DNA from: an uncultured Clostridia bacterium
GTDB lineage: Bacteria > Bacillota > Clostridia > TANB77 > CAG-508
DNA: 61,518 bases
Direction of reading: 5' to 3'
Assembly: GCA_948517135.1 (NCBI GenBank)
Contig: CAORJJ010000001.1
Span: forward strand, 1-61,518
In this document: in pieces, positions 11,236 through 21,318 of the stretch
How positions within the stretch are numbered: position 1 is the stretch's first letter
Layout of the letters: each line of letters starts with the position of its first letter
The notes under the pieces: generated by a model
Told to the model about the DNA's origin: nothing
Database searches by the model: none
The model's input: only the letters and a program-made list of their open reading frames with translations
Made by a program: the position numbers and the translations under genes

Positions 11236-11601
11236 ATGAAGTTATCTGTTGGAACAGACATAATTGAAATTAATAGAATAAAAAGATTAATAGATAAAGA
11301 TTCAAAATTTATACAAAAAATGTATACTGATAAAGAAATTTCATATTGTGAATCTAAAAAAGAACAAAAATATCAAAGTTATGCAGCTAGATTTGCAGCA
11401 AAGGAAGCAATATATAAAGCTTTAAGTGATAAAATAACATCATATACATGGAAAGATTTTGAAATAATTAACTCAAATAAGGGAAAACCAGAAGTATTTT
11501 TACATTTAATTATTGATGAAATTGATAGTATAGAAATAAGTATATCACATTGCAAAGAATATGCGGTTGCATATGTTACAGCGATTTTAAAGGAGAGTTA
11601 A
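11236..11601 (+). CDS. acpS: Holo-[acyl-carrier-protein] synthase
   Basis: 121 aa. N-terminal VGTDIIEINRI and the ARFAAKEA..KA motif are typical of AcpS. Confidence 0.9.
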   Translation: MKLSVGTDIIEINRIKRLIDKDSKFIQKMYTDKEISYCESKKEQKYQSYAARFAAKEAIYKALSDKITSYTWKDFEIINSNKGKPEVFLHLIIDEIDSIEISISHCKEYAVAYVTAILKES

Positions 11602-12369
11602 ATGGAATTTTTTGATTCACATTCACATTATAATGATGAAAGTTTTGATAGTGATAGAGAAGTGCTAATAAATAAGACATTAAAGGAAAATATAACAAGA
11701 ATGATGTGTATAGGATATGATGTGGAGAAGAGTGCAAAAGCTATTAAAATAGCTGAAAAATACAATTATATATATGCATCATGTGGAATATCTCCTAATG
11801 ATATAGAAGATTTTTCAGTAGAAAACCTAGAAAAAATAGAAGAAATGGCTAAAAATAGAAAAGTTGTGGCAATTGGAGAAATTGGCTTAGATTATCATTG
11901 GAATAAAGAAAATAAGGAAGCCCAAAAAGAGCTTTTTATAAAGCAAATTGATATTGCTAATAAGTTAAATAAGCCAATAATAATACATACACGTGATGCA
12001 GTAATGGATACTATTGAGATTTTAAAAACACATTCTGTGCAAAATACAGGAATATTTCACTGCTGTCCATTAAATCAAGAGCTAATAAAAGAAGGCTTGA
12101 AATTAGGATATTATATATCTTTTAGTGGTGTAATTACATTTAAGAATGCTAAACCTAATGAAGCTGTAAATCAAGTTCCACTTGATAGAATTCTTATCGA
12201 AACAGATTCTCCATATATGTCTCCTGAACCACATAGAGGAGAGAGAAACACATCATTATATGTGAAGTATGTAGCACAGAAGATAGCTGAAATTAAAGGT
12301 ATTTCATTAGAAGAGGTTGCAAAAGCTACATATAATAATGCAAGTAAAATATTCAATATTGATAACTAA
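11602..12369 (+). CDS. tatD: TatD family metal-dependent DNase/hydrolase
   Basis: 255 aa with FDSHSH.. at the N-terminus, EIGLDYHW, IIHTRDA and ETDSPYM motifs. Start abuts the acpS stop. Confidence 0.9.
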   Translation: MEFFDSHSHYNDESFDSDREVLINKTLKENITRMMCIGYDVEKSAKAIKIAEKYNYIYASCGISPNDIEDFSVENLEKIEEMAKNRKVVAIGEIGLDYHWNKENKEAQKELFIKQIDIANKLNKPIIIHTRDAVMDTIEILKTHSVQNTGIFHCCPLNQELIKEGLKLGYYISFSGVITFKNAKPNEAVNQVPLDRILIETDSPYMSPEPHRGERNTSLYVKYVAQKIAEIKGISLEEVAKATYNNASKIFNIDN

Positions 12370-12380
12370 ATATATAGTTT

Positions 12381-12427
12381 ATCCACAAGGTAAAATATAA
12401 AAATAACCTTGTGGATTTTTATTTTTT
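12381..12427 (+). terminator. Rho-independent terminator after tatD
   Basis: 11-bp stem ATCCACAAGGT (12381-12391) / ACCTTGTGGAT (12406-12416) followed by a T-run. Confidence 0.85.
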
Positions 12428-12674
12428 ATAAAAAATTTTTCTGTAAAAAATTTCCTGAAAACGTTGATTTCGTAGGAAATGTAATAAAAACTTCCAAAAA
12501 AGTAATAAAAACTTAATAAAAGAATATTAAATCACTGCAAAAGCACTTCCGTAGTGGTTTTTTACAAGGTTTGGAAAAACTGAAAAAAAGTGCTATTGAA
12601 AAAATTTCTGGAAATGCTATTATGTTGCTAATGAAAATATTCAAAAATTCAGAAAAAAACAGGGAGGATTTATT

Positions 12675-15600
12675 ATGAAGAAGAAAATGTTAATTTCAAT
12701 AGCAATAATATCAATTTTGTTATTGAATTGCATCGCTCCGATTCTAAAAGTTGCAGCTGGTACAGACATAAGAGTAATGTTTGAAAAAAATATGTATGCT
12801 GCAATTAAGGATGAATTGCAAAGACAAGGCATTACTGCAATTTATAACGATGCACAACGTACAATGATTATTAATGATGAAGAATTAGCAAAAGTAACAT
12901 CTCTTTCTTTATCTAATAGTGAATTAACAGACTTAACAGGTCTTGAAGTATTTACAAATTTAAAAGAATTAGATTTATCTTCTAATGAATTAGATAAAAC
13001 TAGTAATTTAGAAGTTTTAAATTCATTCACATTAACAACATTAGACTTATCTTCAAATGAAATTGAAGATTTAAGTATGGTAACTGGTATAAAGAATATA
13101 TCAAAATTAAACTTACATAACCAAAAATTTGATGTTGTAGAAGTTATCCAAATTGATACTACTGAAACATCAGATCAATATAATGAAGTTCTTTATCCAT
13201 TACCAAAAATTTTAACAGATTTAGTAGACTATATACCATCAGAATGGTTAGTTGAAAAAAATTACTTTGATAATGGACATGAAGATTTAGGAAATCCAAA
13301 AGCTACACCACATGTAGATTGGAGTAAATTTGACCAAGAGAATGTGAAAATAAGATATGCTTATAAAACAGCAACAACTTATGAACTTCTTAAAGGTATG
13401 GTTAAAATTAGTATAAAAGTAGTTGATTCTACAAGTACATTATATAATTCAGATATTAATTTATATTTTGTAACAGCAGATTCAGAAGAAAGAGGAATAC
13501 ATATTAAAGATACTAATATGTATAATGCAATTAAAAGACAATTAACAAAAGGTCAAACTGAAAATGATCAATTAATCAGTTATGGAAATGCAGATACAGC
13601 AAGAACATTATATAATAGATCTTTTGATGATGCACAAACATTAGTAATAGGTATTGATGATCTTATCAACAAAATTTCAAATTTAAAACTTGATAATAAG
13701 AGAATTAAAGATCTTTCAGGAATTGAAAAATTTGTTGGTTTAGAAACAAACTTAGATTTATCTGGTAACTATATAAAATCAATTGATCCATTAATAGAGT
13801 TAGAAGAAAATCAAGAAAAAGAAGAAGCTTTATTAAAAGAAAGAGTTCAAGCTCAAATTGGATTAGTTTCAGAAACAGTTGGAAAAATTGAAAGTTTAAA
13901 ATCTCAAATTGAAGCACTTCAAAAAGAAATTGCAGATATAGAAGCTAAATTTAATACAGACTTACAAAAATTACAAGATGAATTAAAAGCATTAAGAGAA
14001 AAGGAAGCTCAAATTAAAGCTCAAGTAGGAGCAGACTCTGCAAAAGTTGAAGAATTACAAAAACAAATTGAAGATTTGAACAAAGAACAAACTGAAGAAT
14101 TAAATAAACAAAAAGAAGCAACAGAAAGAATAAATGCATTAAGAGAACAACTTAAAGAATTAGAAGCAGCAGATCAACCAATAAAAGATGAAATTGAAAG
14201 ATTAAAAGCTCAAATTCAAGAATTAGAAAATACAATAAGAAATTCTCAAGAAAGAGTTAATTCTTTAACAATAGAAGTTTCAACAAAACAAGAACAAATT
14301 TCAACTGCTAAAACAGCAATAGCGATTTATGAAACAGAAGTAGCAGAGTTAAGAGAAAATATTATAGCAGCACAAGAAATTTTAGAATCAATCACAGATA
14401 CTGCAACTGGTGTAGCAAATCCAGTAGATGTAGAAAACTACATACAAGGTGTAAATGAAGAAATAAGGAAATTACAAGATAGAATTGATGAACTATACAG
14501 AGATATTTCTACAAGTACAGATGAACAATCAAGATTACAAGCAGAAATTGAAACTTTAAAAGGTAGAATTGAGAAAGCTGAAGATGATAAAGCAGAAGCT
14601 CAAGAAAATTTAGCAGCTAGAGAAGAAGATTTAAAAAATAGTACAAATGCACAACAAGCAGAAGATGTTAGAAAACAAATTGAAGAAGAACAAGGAAAAA
14701 TAGATGCTTCTAATGCTAATATTGAAGTTATTAAAAAAAGTATAGAACTTGCTCAAAAACAATTAGAAGAAGAAGAAGCAAAATCTAAAAAAGTACAAGA
14801 TGAACTTGCTGATGTTGAAAAACAAATAGAAGCAAAACTTGCAGAAATTCAAAAATTAGTTGATGATAGAAATAATCAAGAAAAAGCATTAGGAGAAAAA
14901 AGAGCAAAACTTGCAGAACTACAAATGGATTTAGCTAGAGAAGAAGCAAGACTTATGGAAAGAATGCAAAGATTATATAATATCTATAATAGAATAGATA
15001 GATTAGCTGGATTTGCTACATCTAAAGTAAGAACAATAACAGATAAAGAATTTAAAGATGCAACATTTGAAGAAGCAAAATCTATGTATTCAGCTCAAGT
15101 TTCTAAAATTTCTAATATAGAAAAATATTTAACAGGTTTTGAAAGAAATTATTTATTAACAACATATAATATTCCAACAACACTTACTTTTGAAACAGAA
15201 CATCGTACTGTAAATCCAGAAACTGGAGAAGTAACTGTTACAACAGAAACAGAAACAAAACCAATTGAAAATCCAATTACAAAATACTTTACAGAGTTAC
15301 CACAAGATAGTTGGACAGTATTAGATTATAAATTAGCAATTAGAAACTTCCAAAGAGATGATATTTATATGCAAATGTATACACATTGTTATTTCACAAG
15401 ATTATTTGAAGGAACAACAAATTGTGTTGCAACAGAATATGCTGATTATATGATCAAAAGATTAGAAATTGATGGTGAAGATACAACATTATATAGAGAA
15501 GCAATAGAAAATTATGCAGATATTTATAAAACATTTGGTGGAGATGATAACTGTGCAGGAAAAGCAACAACAGATAAATTATTCTCTTATGCTAAGAGAA

Positions 15601-17312
15601 TTACATTAGCACCAGGAGATGAAATAGAAGCATATGTATATTTACCAAGATTAAAAGTATTAGACATTAGTGAAAACTTAATTGAAAATATAGACAATAT
15701 ATCAAAATTAACAAAATTAGTAAAATTATATGCTGGAGATAACGAATTAGTAGATATCTCAAAAGTTGATTGGACATCAATGAATGAACACTTAAAAGTA
15801 TTAGATTTAAGTTTAAATGATATTAGCAATATTGAACCATTAGAAGTATTAACTAATATTGAATACTTAGATTTATCAAAGAACTTAATTGAAGGAGAAT
15901 TCACATTCAAAGTAGAAAAATTAGAAAATTTAAAAAATTTAGATTTAAGCTACAATAGAATTGACGATATCCAAAGATTAATAAATTACTTAACTTATGA
16001 AGCAAGAGCTCATGGATATGATGGAGACATTGGTTCATATTTAAGAACAGGAAATTTAACAGTTAACTTTAAATATCAACAATTAGAAATGACTGTTGAT
16101 GGAGTGTTACCAGTAGGTGATACATATAAAGTTGAATTACCAAAAATATTTAGACAAATAGAACAAATTGATTATGCAAATACAAGTTTTGGAATTGACA
16201 GTATACGCGGAAATGTAACAAGTGATGGTAAAGATGTTATAGTAGATACAAGAGTTGCTGGAAAACATACAGGAATTGTAACAATTATAAATACAAAAAC
16301 TGTAGCAAGTTTAGGATATGGAACAACATGTACAATCACATATAAAGTAGGAACAGCTAACATGTTAGAAGTAAAAGTTACTCCAGAAAATGCAAATGTT
16401 GAAAAAGGAAAAACTCAAGAATTTAAAGCAGAAGTAACTGGAGATAATGTACCACATAAAGGTGTTACATGGTCAATTGCAGGAAATACAAGCGAAAATA
16501 CAAAAATTTCTGAAGCTGGATTATTAACAGTAGCAGAAGATGAAACTTCAGAAAAAATTGAAGTAATTGCTACATCATTCTATGATACAACAGCTATTGG
16601 AAAAGTAGAAGTTGTTATTACAGAAAAAGCTGGAGAACCAGTAAATCCAGATGATAATAAAGAACCAGAAACACCAACAAATCCAGACGATAATAAAGAA
16701 CCAGAAACACCAACAGATCCAGACGATAATAAAGAACCAGAAACACCAACAAATCCAGACGATAATAAAGAACCAGAGACACCAGCAAATCCAGACGATA
16801 ATAAAGAACCAGAGACACCAGCAAATCCAGATGATAAAAAAGATGAAACAACAGCAATTGAATTTGGTTATGATGTTGATGTAGATAATGATTACTTAGT
16901 AGGAATAAAAGCTCAAACATCAGTTGATAGATTCAAATCAGTATTATTAAATGATAATGATGATTATAGAGTTGTTGTAAAATCTGCAAATAGAGAAGTT
17001 AAGACAGGAAATATTGCAACAGGAATGTTTGCACAAGTTCAAGATAAGAATGGAAATGTTGTAAAAGATACAAATGGAAACTTATTAGTTTATGAAATCA
17101 TAGTAAAAGGTGACGTAAATGGGGATGGTGTTGCTGATTCATTAGATACAGTTTCAATAAAAGCACACAGAAGTGAAGTTAAATTATTAAAAGGTGCAGC
17201 TTTAAAAGCAGCAGATATTAATAATGATAATTCAGTAGACTCAACAGACTCAAAATTATTACTATATCATAGAGCCGAAGTTAGTGGATACAACTTAAAT
17301 TATACAAAATAA
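12675..17312 (+). CDS. Secreted LRR / coiled-coil / Big_2 surface protein with C-terminal dockerin
   Basis: 1545 aa with a signal peptide. Two blocks of leucine-rich repeats (L..L..LDLS.N.I.D) and an approx 400-aa heptad coiled coil (res approx 375-780). A Big_2-like domain (res approx 1235-1315) and a 12-aa NPDDNKEPETPT linker repeat follow. The C-terminal dockerin has two Ca-loop motifs, DVNGDGVADSLD and DINNDNSVDSTD (nt approx 17109-17280). Confidence 0.85.
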   Translation: MKKKMLISIAIISILLLNCIAPILKVAAGTDIRVMFEKNMYAAIKDELQRQGITAIYNDAQRTMIINDEELAKVTSLSLSNSELTDLTGLEVFTNLKELDLSSNELDKTSNLEVLNSFTLTTLDLSSNEIEDLSMVTGIKNISKLNLHNQKFDVVEVIQIDTTETSDQYNEVLYPLPKILTDLVDYIPSEWLVEKNYFDNGHEDLGNPKATPHVDWSKFDQENVKIRYAYKTATTYELLKGMVKISIKVVDSTSTLYNSDINLYFVTADSEERGIHIKDTNMYNAIKRQLTKGQTENDQLISYGNADTARTLYNRSFDDAQTLVIGIDDLINKISNLKLDNKRIKDLSGIEKFVGLETNLDLSGNYIKSIDPLIELEENQEKEEALLKERVQAQIGLVSETVGKIESLKSQIEALQKEIADIEAKFNTDLQKLQDELKALREKEAQIKAQVGADSAKVEELQKQIEDLNKEQTEELNKQKEATERINALREQLKELEAADQPIKDEIERLKAQIQELENTIRNSQERVNSLTIEVSTKQEQISTAKTAIAIYETEVAELRENIIAAQEILESITDTATGVANPVDVENYIQGVNEEIRKLQDRIDELYRDISTSTDEQSRLQAEIETLKGRIEKAEDDKAEAQENLAAREEDLKNSTNAQQAEDVRKQIEEEQGKIDASNANIEVIKKSIELAQKQLEEEEAKSKKVQDELADVEKQIEAKLAEIQKLVDDRNNQEKALGEKRAKLAELQMDLAREEARLMERMQRLYNIYNRIDRLAGFATSKVRTITDKEFKDATFEEAKSMYSAQVSKISNIEKYLTGFERNYLLTTYNIPTTLTFETEHRTVNPETGEVTVTTETETKPIENPITKYFTELPQDSWTVLDYKLAIRNFQRDDIYMQMYTHCYFTRLFEGTTNCVATEYADYMIKRLEIDGEDTTLYREAIENYADIYKTFGGDDNCAGKATTDKLFSYAKRITLAPGDEIEAYVYLPRLKVLDISENLIENIDNISKLTKLVKLYAGDNELVDISKVDWTSMNEHLKVLDLSLNDISNIEPLEVLTNIEYLDLSKNLIEGEFTFKVEKLENLKNLDLSYNRIDDIQRLINYLTYEARAHGYDGDIGSYLRTGNLTVNFKYQQLEMTVDGVLPVGDTYKVELPKIFRQIEQIDYANTSFGIDSIRGNVTSDGKDVIVDTRVAGKHTGIVTIINTKTVASLGYGTTCTITYKVGTANMLEVKVTPENANVEKGKTQEFKAEVTGDNVPHKGVTWSIAGNTSENTKISEAGLLTVAEDETSEKIEVIATSFYDTTAIGKVEVVITEKAGEPVNPDDNKEPETPTNPDDNKEPETPTDPDDNKEPETPTNPDDNKEPETPANPDDNKEPETPANPDDKKDETTAIEFGYDVDVDNDYLVGIKAQTSVDRFKSVLLNDNDDYRVVVKSANREVKTGNIATGMFAQVQDKNGNVVKDTNGNLLVYEIIVKGDVNGDGVADSLDTVSIKAHRSEVKLLKGAALKAADINNDNSVDSTDSKLLLYHRAEVSGYNLNYTK
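16644..16837 (+). repeat. In-frame 36-bp tandem repeat (5.4 copies) encoding NPDDNKEPETPT
   Basis: Copies start at 16644, 16680, 16716, 16752 and 16788, with a partial copy from 16824. Only a few substitutions between copies (N/D, T/A). Confidence 0.95.
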
Positions 17313-17514
17313 TTTGAATGTTTGAATATTAAAGAGATGAAAACTATATAATAGGGAAGTATAAAAACTTTCCTATTATATAAAATAAAACAATTGTAAA
17401 AAATTTATAAAAGATAAAAATCACTTTTATAAATAGTAAAAAAAGGTATTGCAATTTTTTAGTATAAATGATATTCTAGTGTTGTATATAAGCAAATGAG
17501 GAGAATGATGATAT

Positions 17515-18366
17515 ATGAAAAACAAAACTAAATTAATTATTTTGCAAGTTTTTATTGCAATTATATTAATATCTACAAGCGTTTATGCAGCTATTGATAC
17601 AACAATAGGAGTCAAAGTTTCAAAATCTATTTTATATAGAGGAGATACAGTTGAGGTTACATTATCATTAAGTGATGTTAAAAGTGATAAAAAAATCACA
17701 AATGTTGAAGGATATATAAATTATGATAAAGATGTTCTTGAAACTATAACTTATGATAGTATAGTTAAAGATGAGAATAAAAAAGTAACAATTGGTGATG
17801 AAACATTACCAGTTGAAGATGCTTCAAATGTTCAATCTTCATCAGCATTTGTATTATTTAATGGTTCACCAGAAAGTGATAACGATGCAAAAATTCTTAT
17901 TGATTTTAACAATGGTTTAACAAAGGATTCAGATTTAATAACAATCAAATTTAAAGTTAAATCAAATGCTTCAATAGGTGATGTAGAGGATGCTATTAAA
18001 TATTCTTTTGTTGTAAAATCAAATGAAGAAAAAACAGAAGAAATAACTAAAAATGTTAATTTAACAGTAAAAGAAACAATAAAAGATGAAAATAAAAACG
18101 AAACTAAAAATGAAACTAAAAATGAATCAAAATTAGAAGATACTGTTGGAAAAGTTGATAATAAAAACGTAAATAAAAATACTAATAAGAATACAAATAC
18201 AAATACAAAAAATAATGCAGTAAACAACACAAATACAACAGATAACTCAGTTTCAGGAACTAAATTGCCTGCAACAGGTGCTAAAATATTTATAATACCA
18301 GCAATTGTATTAATTGCCCTAGCTTATATAAGCTATAACAGATATATAAGAATGAGAGGTATATAA
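17515..18366 (+). CDS. Sortase-anchored cohesin domain protein
   Basis: 283 aa with a signal peptide. Cohesin-like signature GDTVEVTLSL..ITNVEGYINYDKDVLE ... LITIKFKVKSNASIG, then an N/K/T-rich linker. LPATG (18265-18279), a hydrophobic helix and a basic tail form the sorting signal. Confidence 0.75.
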   Translation: MKNKTKLIILQVFIAIILISTSVYAAIDTTIGVKVSKSILYRGDTVEVTLSLSDVKSDKKITNVEGYINYDKDVLETITYDSIVKDENKKVTIGDETLPVEDASNVQSSSAFVLFNGSPESDNDAKILIDFNNGLTKDSDLITIKFKVKSNASIGDVEDAIKYSFVVKSNEEKTEEITKNVNLTVKETIKDENKNETKNETKNESKLEDTVGKVDNKNVNKNTNKNTNTNTKNNAVNNTNTTDNSVSGTKLPATGAKIFIIPAIVLIALAYISYNRYIRMRGI

Positions 18367-18397
18367 TATTTTCTAAAAAAATAATTAATAATCCCTG

Positions 18398-18431
18398 GAG
18401 AGATAACAATTAACGTTATCTCTTCTTTTTT
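18398..18431 (+). terminator. Rho-independent terminator after the cohesin gene
   Basis: Stem GAGAGATAAC (18398-18407) / GTTATCTCTT (18415-18424) followed by a T-run. Confidence 0.75.
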
Positions 18432-18450
18432 ATAACTATTTAAAAATATG

Positions 18451-18479
18451 TTGCAATAATAAAAGTATATTGATATAAT
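18451..18479 (+). promoter_or_regulatory. Sigma-A type promoter of lemA
   Basis: TTGCAA (18451-18456), 17-nt spacer, extended -10 TGATATAAT (18471-18479). Confidence 0.6.
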
Positions 18480-18507
18480 GTTCTTAATTTAATAGGAGGA
18501 ATAGATT

Positions 18508-19059
18508 ATGATTTTGTTAATAATAATTTTACTCGTAGTTATAGTTGCTATTATAGCTATGTACAATGGTCTAGTTCAAGCAAAACTAAAAACAGAAAAT
18601 GCTTGGAGTCAAATCGATGTTCAATTACAAAGAAGATTTGATCTTATACCAAACTTAGTTGAAGCAGTTAAAGGTTATATGAAACATGAAGAAGAAGTAC
18701 TTACTAAAGTTACTGAACTTAGAACATCATGGGCATCAGCTTCATCAGTTTCTGAAAAAGCAGAATTAGATAATCAGTTATCTGGAACATTAAAAACAAT
18801 TATGGCAGTTTCAGAAAACTATCCAGATTTAAAAGCGAATCAAAACTTTACACAATTACAAGAAGAATTAAGAAGTACAGAAAATAAAATTTCTTATTCA
18901 AGACAATTTTATAATGATAGTGTTACAATGTATAATACTAAATTACAAGTATTTCCAACAAACATTATAGCAGGAATGTTTAATTTCTCAGCAGCTGATT
19001 TATTTAAAACATCTACTGAAGAAGCTAGACAAAATGTTAAAGTTGATTTTAGTAAATAA
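18508..19059 (+). CDS. lemA: LemA family membrane protein
   Basis: 183 aa. N-terminal TM helix, then YNGLVQ...ENAWSQIDVQLQRRFDLIPNLVE, the LemA signature. Confidence 0.9.
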   Translation: MILLIIILLVVIVAIIAMYNGLVQAKLKTENAWSQIDVQLQRRFDLIPNLVEAVKGYMKHEEEVLTKVTELRTSWASASSVSEKAELDNQLSGTLKTIMAVSENYPDLKANQNFTQLQEELRSTENKISYSRQFYNDSVTMYNTKLQVFPTNIIAGMFNFSAADLFKTSTEEARQNVKVDFSK

Positions 19060-19131
19060 TTATTACACAAAATACGCTATTCGTTTGAATAGCGTATTTT
19101 AGTATAAAATTTAAGAAAGGAGATTTTGAGT

Positions 19132-20025
19132 ATGTATGATGATATAAGAAAAAATAAAATTAAAACAGGAATAATAGTTGCAATTTTTATGGCTATGATA
19201 AGTTGTATAATATATTCACTTTGCTATTTGCTTGGTTATAGTGAAATTGCTTTATTTGTTGCTTTAATTTTTTCTATAATATCTACAATTGCTACATATT
19301 ACAATTGTGATAAAATAGTTCTTGCGTCTGTAAATGCAAGACCAGCAACAAAAGAAGAAGATTTACAATTAACTAATATATTAGATGATTTAATGGTAGC
19401 TTCAGGAGTACAAAGTAAACCTAGATTATATGTTGTTGATTCTATGCAACCAAACGCATTTGCTACTGGAAGAAACCCTGAAAATGCGATAATATGTGTT
19501 ACAAAAGGTTTAATAGAAAAATTAAATTATTATGAGCTAGAAGGAGTTGTTGCTCACGAATTGGCACATATTAAAAATTATGATATTAGATTATCAGCAG
19601 TTATTAGTGTAATGGTAGGCTTTGTTATAATGCTTTCTGATATGTTTACTAGAATTTCATTTAGAAGAAGCAGAAGAGATAGTGATAATAATAGTGGTGG
19701 AGTACAGCTTATAATTTTAATAATTGGTTTAATATTTTTAATAATTTCCCCAATCATTTCACAACTTATACAATTAGCAGTATCAAGAAGAAGAGAGTTT
19801 TTAGCTGATGCTACTGCAATTTCATTTACAAGAAATCCAGATGGATTAATATCAGCGTTAAGGAAGATAAGTGGTGATGATACAGAACTTGAAACAGCAA
19901 GTAATAGTAATGCTTATATGTATATAGTTACACCATTTAAAAATAAAAGAAAGAAAAAAAGTAATTTATTTTCAACACATCCATCAACATCAGAAAGAAT
20001 TGAAGCATTACAAAATTTAAGATAA
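19132..20025 (+). CDS. htpX: M48 family zinc metalloprotease HtpX-like
   Basis: HELAHIKNYD (HExxH) plus a downstream EFLAD motif and 4 TM segments. ATG 19132 is preferred over TTG 19126 because of AAGGAG spacing. Confidence 0.88.
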   Translation: MYDDIRKNKIKTGIIVAIFMAMISCIIYSLCYLLGYSEIALFVALIFSIISTIATYYNCDKIVLASVNARPATKEEDLQLTNILDDLMVASGVQSKPRLYVVDSMQPNAFATGRNPENAIICVTKGLIEKLNYYELEGVVAHELAHIKNYDIRLSAVISVMVGFVIMLSDMFTRISFRRSRRDSDNNSGGVQLIILIIGLIFLIISPIISQLIQLAVSRRREFLADATAISFTRNPDGLISALRKISGDDTELETASNSNAYMYIVTPFKNKRKKKSNLFSTHPSTSERIEALQNLR

Positions 20026-20033
20026 GTATTAAG

Positions 20034-20064
20034 AAGTCTAATTTTACAAAATTAGACTTTTTTT
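20034..20064 (+). terminator. Rho-independent terminator after htpX
   Basis: 11-bp stem AAGTCTAATTT (20034-20044) / AAATTAGACTT (20049-20059) followed by TTTTT. Confidence 0.85.
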
Positions 20065-20155
20065 GTATCTTAATAATATAAAATTAATTTGATATAACCG
20101 TTGATACATAAAGAACTTGGACATTTTGGACAAAGAAGGTTGTTCTTTTTTTAGA

Positions 20156-20184
20156 TTGACAAACATATAAATACATTATATAAT
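20156..20184 (+). promoter_or_regulatory. Consensus sigma-A promoter of the G5/3D gene
   Basis: TTGACA (20156-20161), 17-nt spacer, TATAAT (20179-20184). Confidence 0.7.
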
Positions 20185-20211
20185 GAAAACGCAAATTAGG
20201 AGGGCAGAATT

Positions 20212-21183
20212 ATGAAAACAGATGAAAAATTATCTATAAGGATAATTAGAAAAATTGTTTTTATAAGTATTATTTTAATTTGTATTCTTACAATTGGAGT
20301 TAAGGCCTCAAAATCTGAGGTAAATTATGTAACAATTGTTTTTCCAGAAGGATATGAAACAACTGTTATGACTTCAAATGTAAAAGTATCTGATATATTA
20401 GCTGAAAATCATACAATTGTATTACCAGATGAAACAGTTTATCCTGATATTAATTCTAATATAGACTTAAGCAAAAAAATAACTATTTCTAAATTAACAG
20501 AGGAAAAAGTTGTAATTTCTGAACAAGTTGAAAGTGTCTCTACTGAAGAAATATTAGGAAAATATGTAACAGTTACTGAAAAAATTGTTATAGAACAAGT
20601 TGAAATACCTTATGAAACAATAACAAAAGATGTCTCAAAAGAAGGAACTGAAACTAAAGATAAAGTTCTTCAAGAAGGCGTTAATGGTTTAAAAGAAATT
20701 AAATATAAAGTAAAATATCAAGATGATGTTGAAATAGAAAAAAATGTAATTTCAGAAACTGTTATTCGTGAACCAGTTAATAAAATAATTCAAATATCAA
20801 CAAAACTAACATCAAGGTCTAGAAGTAGAACTACTGAAAATCCTACTACAATACAAGCAAGTGTTGAAGGAATGACACCTCAAGTAGTTAAAATGAATAC
20901 TTCAGCATATTGTGCATGTGCTAGATGTACAGGAAAAACAAATGGAATAACAAGTTCTGGTGCTAGAGCAAAAGAGTGGTATACAGTAGCAGCAGGAAGT
21001 GGATATCCAATTGGAACAGTTATATATATACCAGCATTAGCAAATAAACCAAATGGTGGATGGTTTGTTGTAGAAGATAGAGGAGGAGCAATATCTAATA
21101 ATAGAATAGATATTTATATGGATTCTCATTCATCTGCAATAATATTTGGAAGAAAAAGTTTAGAATGTTATGTTTATAAATAA
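20212..21183 (+). CDS. YabE-like cell-wall protein (DUF348/G5 plus C-terminal 3D domain)
   Basis: 323 aa with a TM anchor and a G5-like segment (EIPYETITKD...VLQEGVNGLKEIKYKVKYQDD). The C-terminal 3D/RlpA-like fold includes SAYCAC..CTGK..G.T.SG and DRGGAI...IDIYM. Confidence 0.8.
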   Translation: MKTDEKLSIRIIRKIVFISIILICILTIGVKASKSEVNYVTIVFPEGYETTVMTSNVKVSDILAENHTIVLPDETVYPDINSNIDLSKKITISKLTEEKVVISEQVESVSTEEILGKYVTVTEKIVIEQVEIPYETITKDVSKEGTETKDKVLQEGVNGLKEIKYKVKYQDDVEIEKNVISETVIREPVNKIIQISTKLTSRSRSRTTENPTTIQASVEGMTPQVVKMNTSAYCACARCTGKTNGITSSGARAKEWYTVAAGSGYPIGTVIYIPALANKPNGGWFVVEDRGGAISNNRIDIYMDSHSSAIIFGRKSLECYVYK

Positions 21184-21185
21184 AA

Positions 21186-21214
21186 AGAAAGGCAAGTTTT
21201 GCCTTTCTTTTTTT
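21186..21214 (+). terminator. Rho-independent terminator
   Basis: Stem AGAAAGGCA (21186-21194) / TGCCTTTCT (21200-21208) followed by a T-run. Confidence 0.85.
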
Positions 21215-21318
21215 GTGTTATAGTATTGACAAATTAGTTTTACTATTGTATTATACTAAAAATTATTTCTTGAGCATTCGCTCAAAATTTTTCCAAAATA
21301 AAAATTAAATATGAAGGA

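Noticed and set aside
12544-12625. Reading the CGTA of TTCCGTA as an ECF-sigma -10, or TGGAAATGCT as a sigma-54 element.
   Set aside because: There is no AAC-type -35 at 16-17 nt upstream of any site. The GG/GC spacing does not fit the -24/-12 consensus.
16618-16920. ORFs 16618-16920 (-) and 16651-16884 (+) with strikingly periodic translations. I also considered whether the 36-bp repeat could be a CRISPR array.
   Set aside because: They are alternative-frame readings of the in-frame tandem repeat inside the 1545-aa gene. The repeats are contiguous with no spacers, so this is not a CRISPR array.
20065-20211. Possible c-di-AMP (ydaO-type) riboswitch upstream of the G5/3D cell-wall gene.
   Set aside because: No conserved riboswitch core sequences are visible. 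The region instead holds a consensus promoter only about 25 nt from the SD, which leaves no room for an aptamer.
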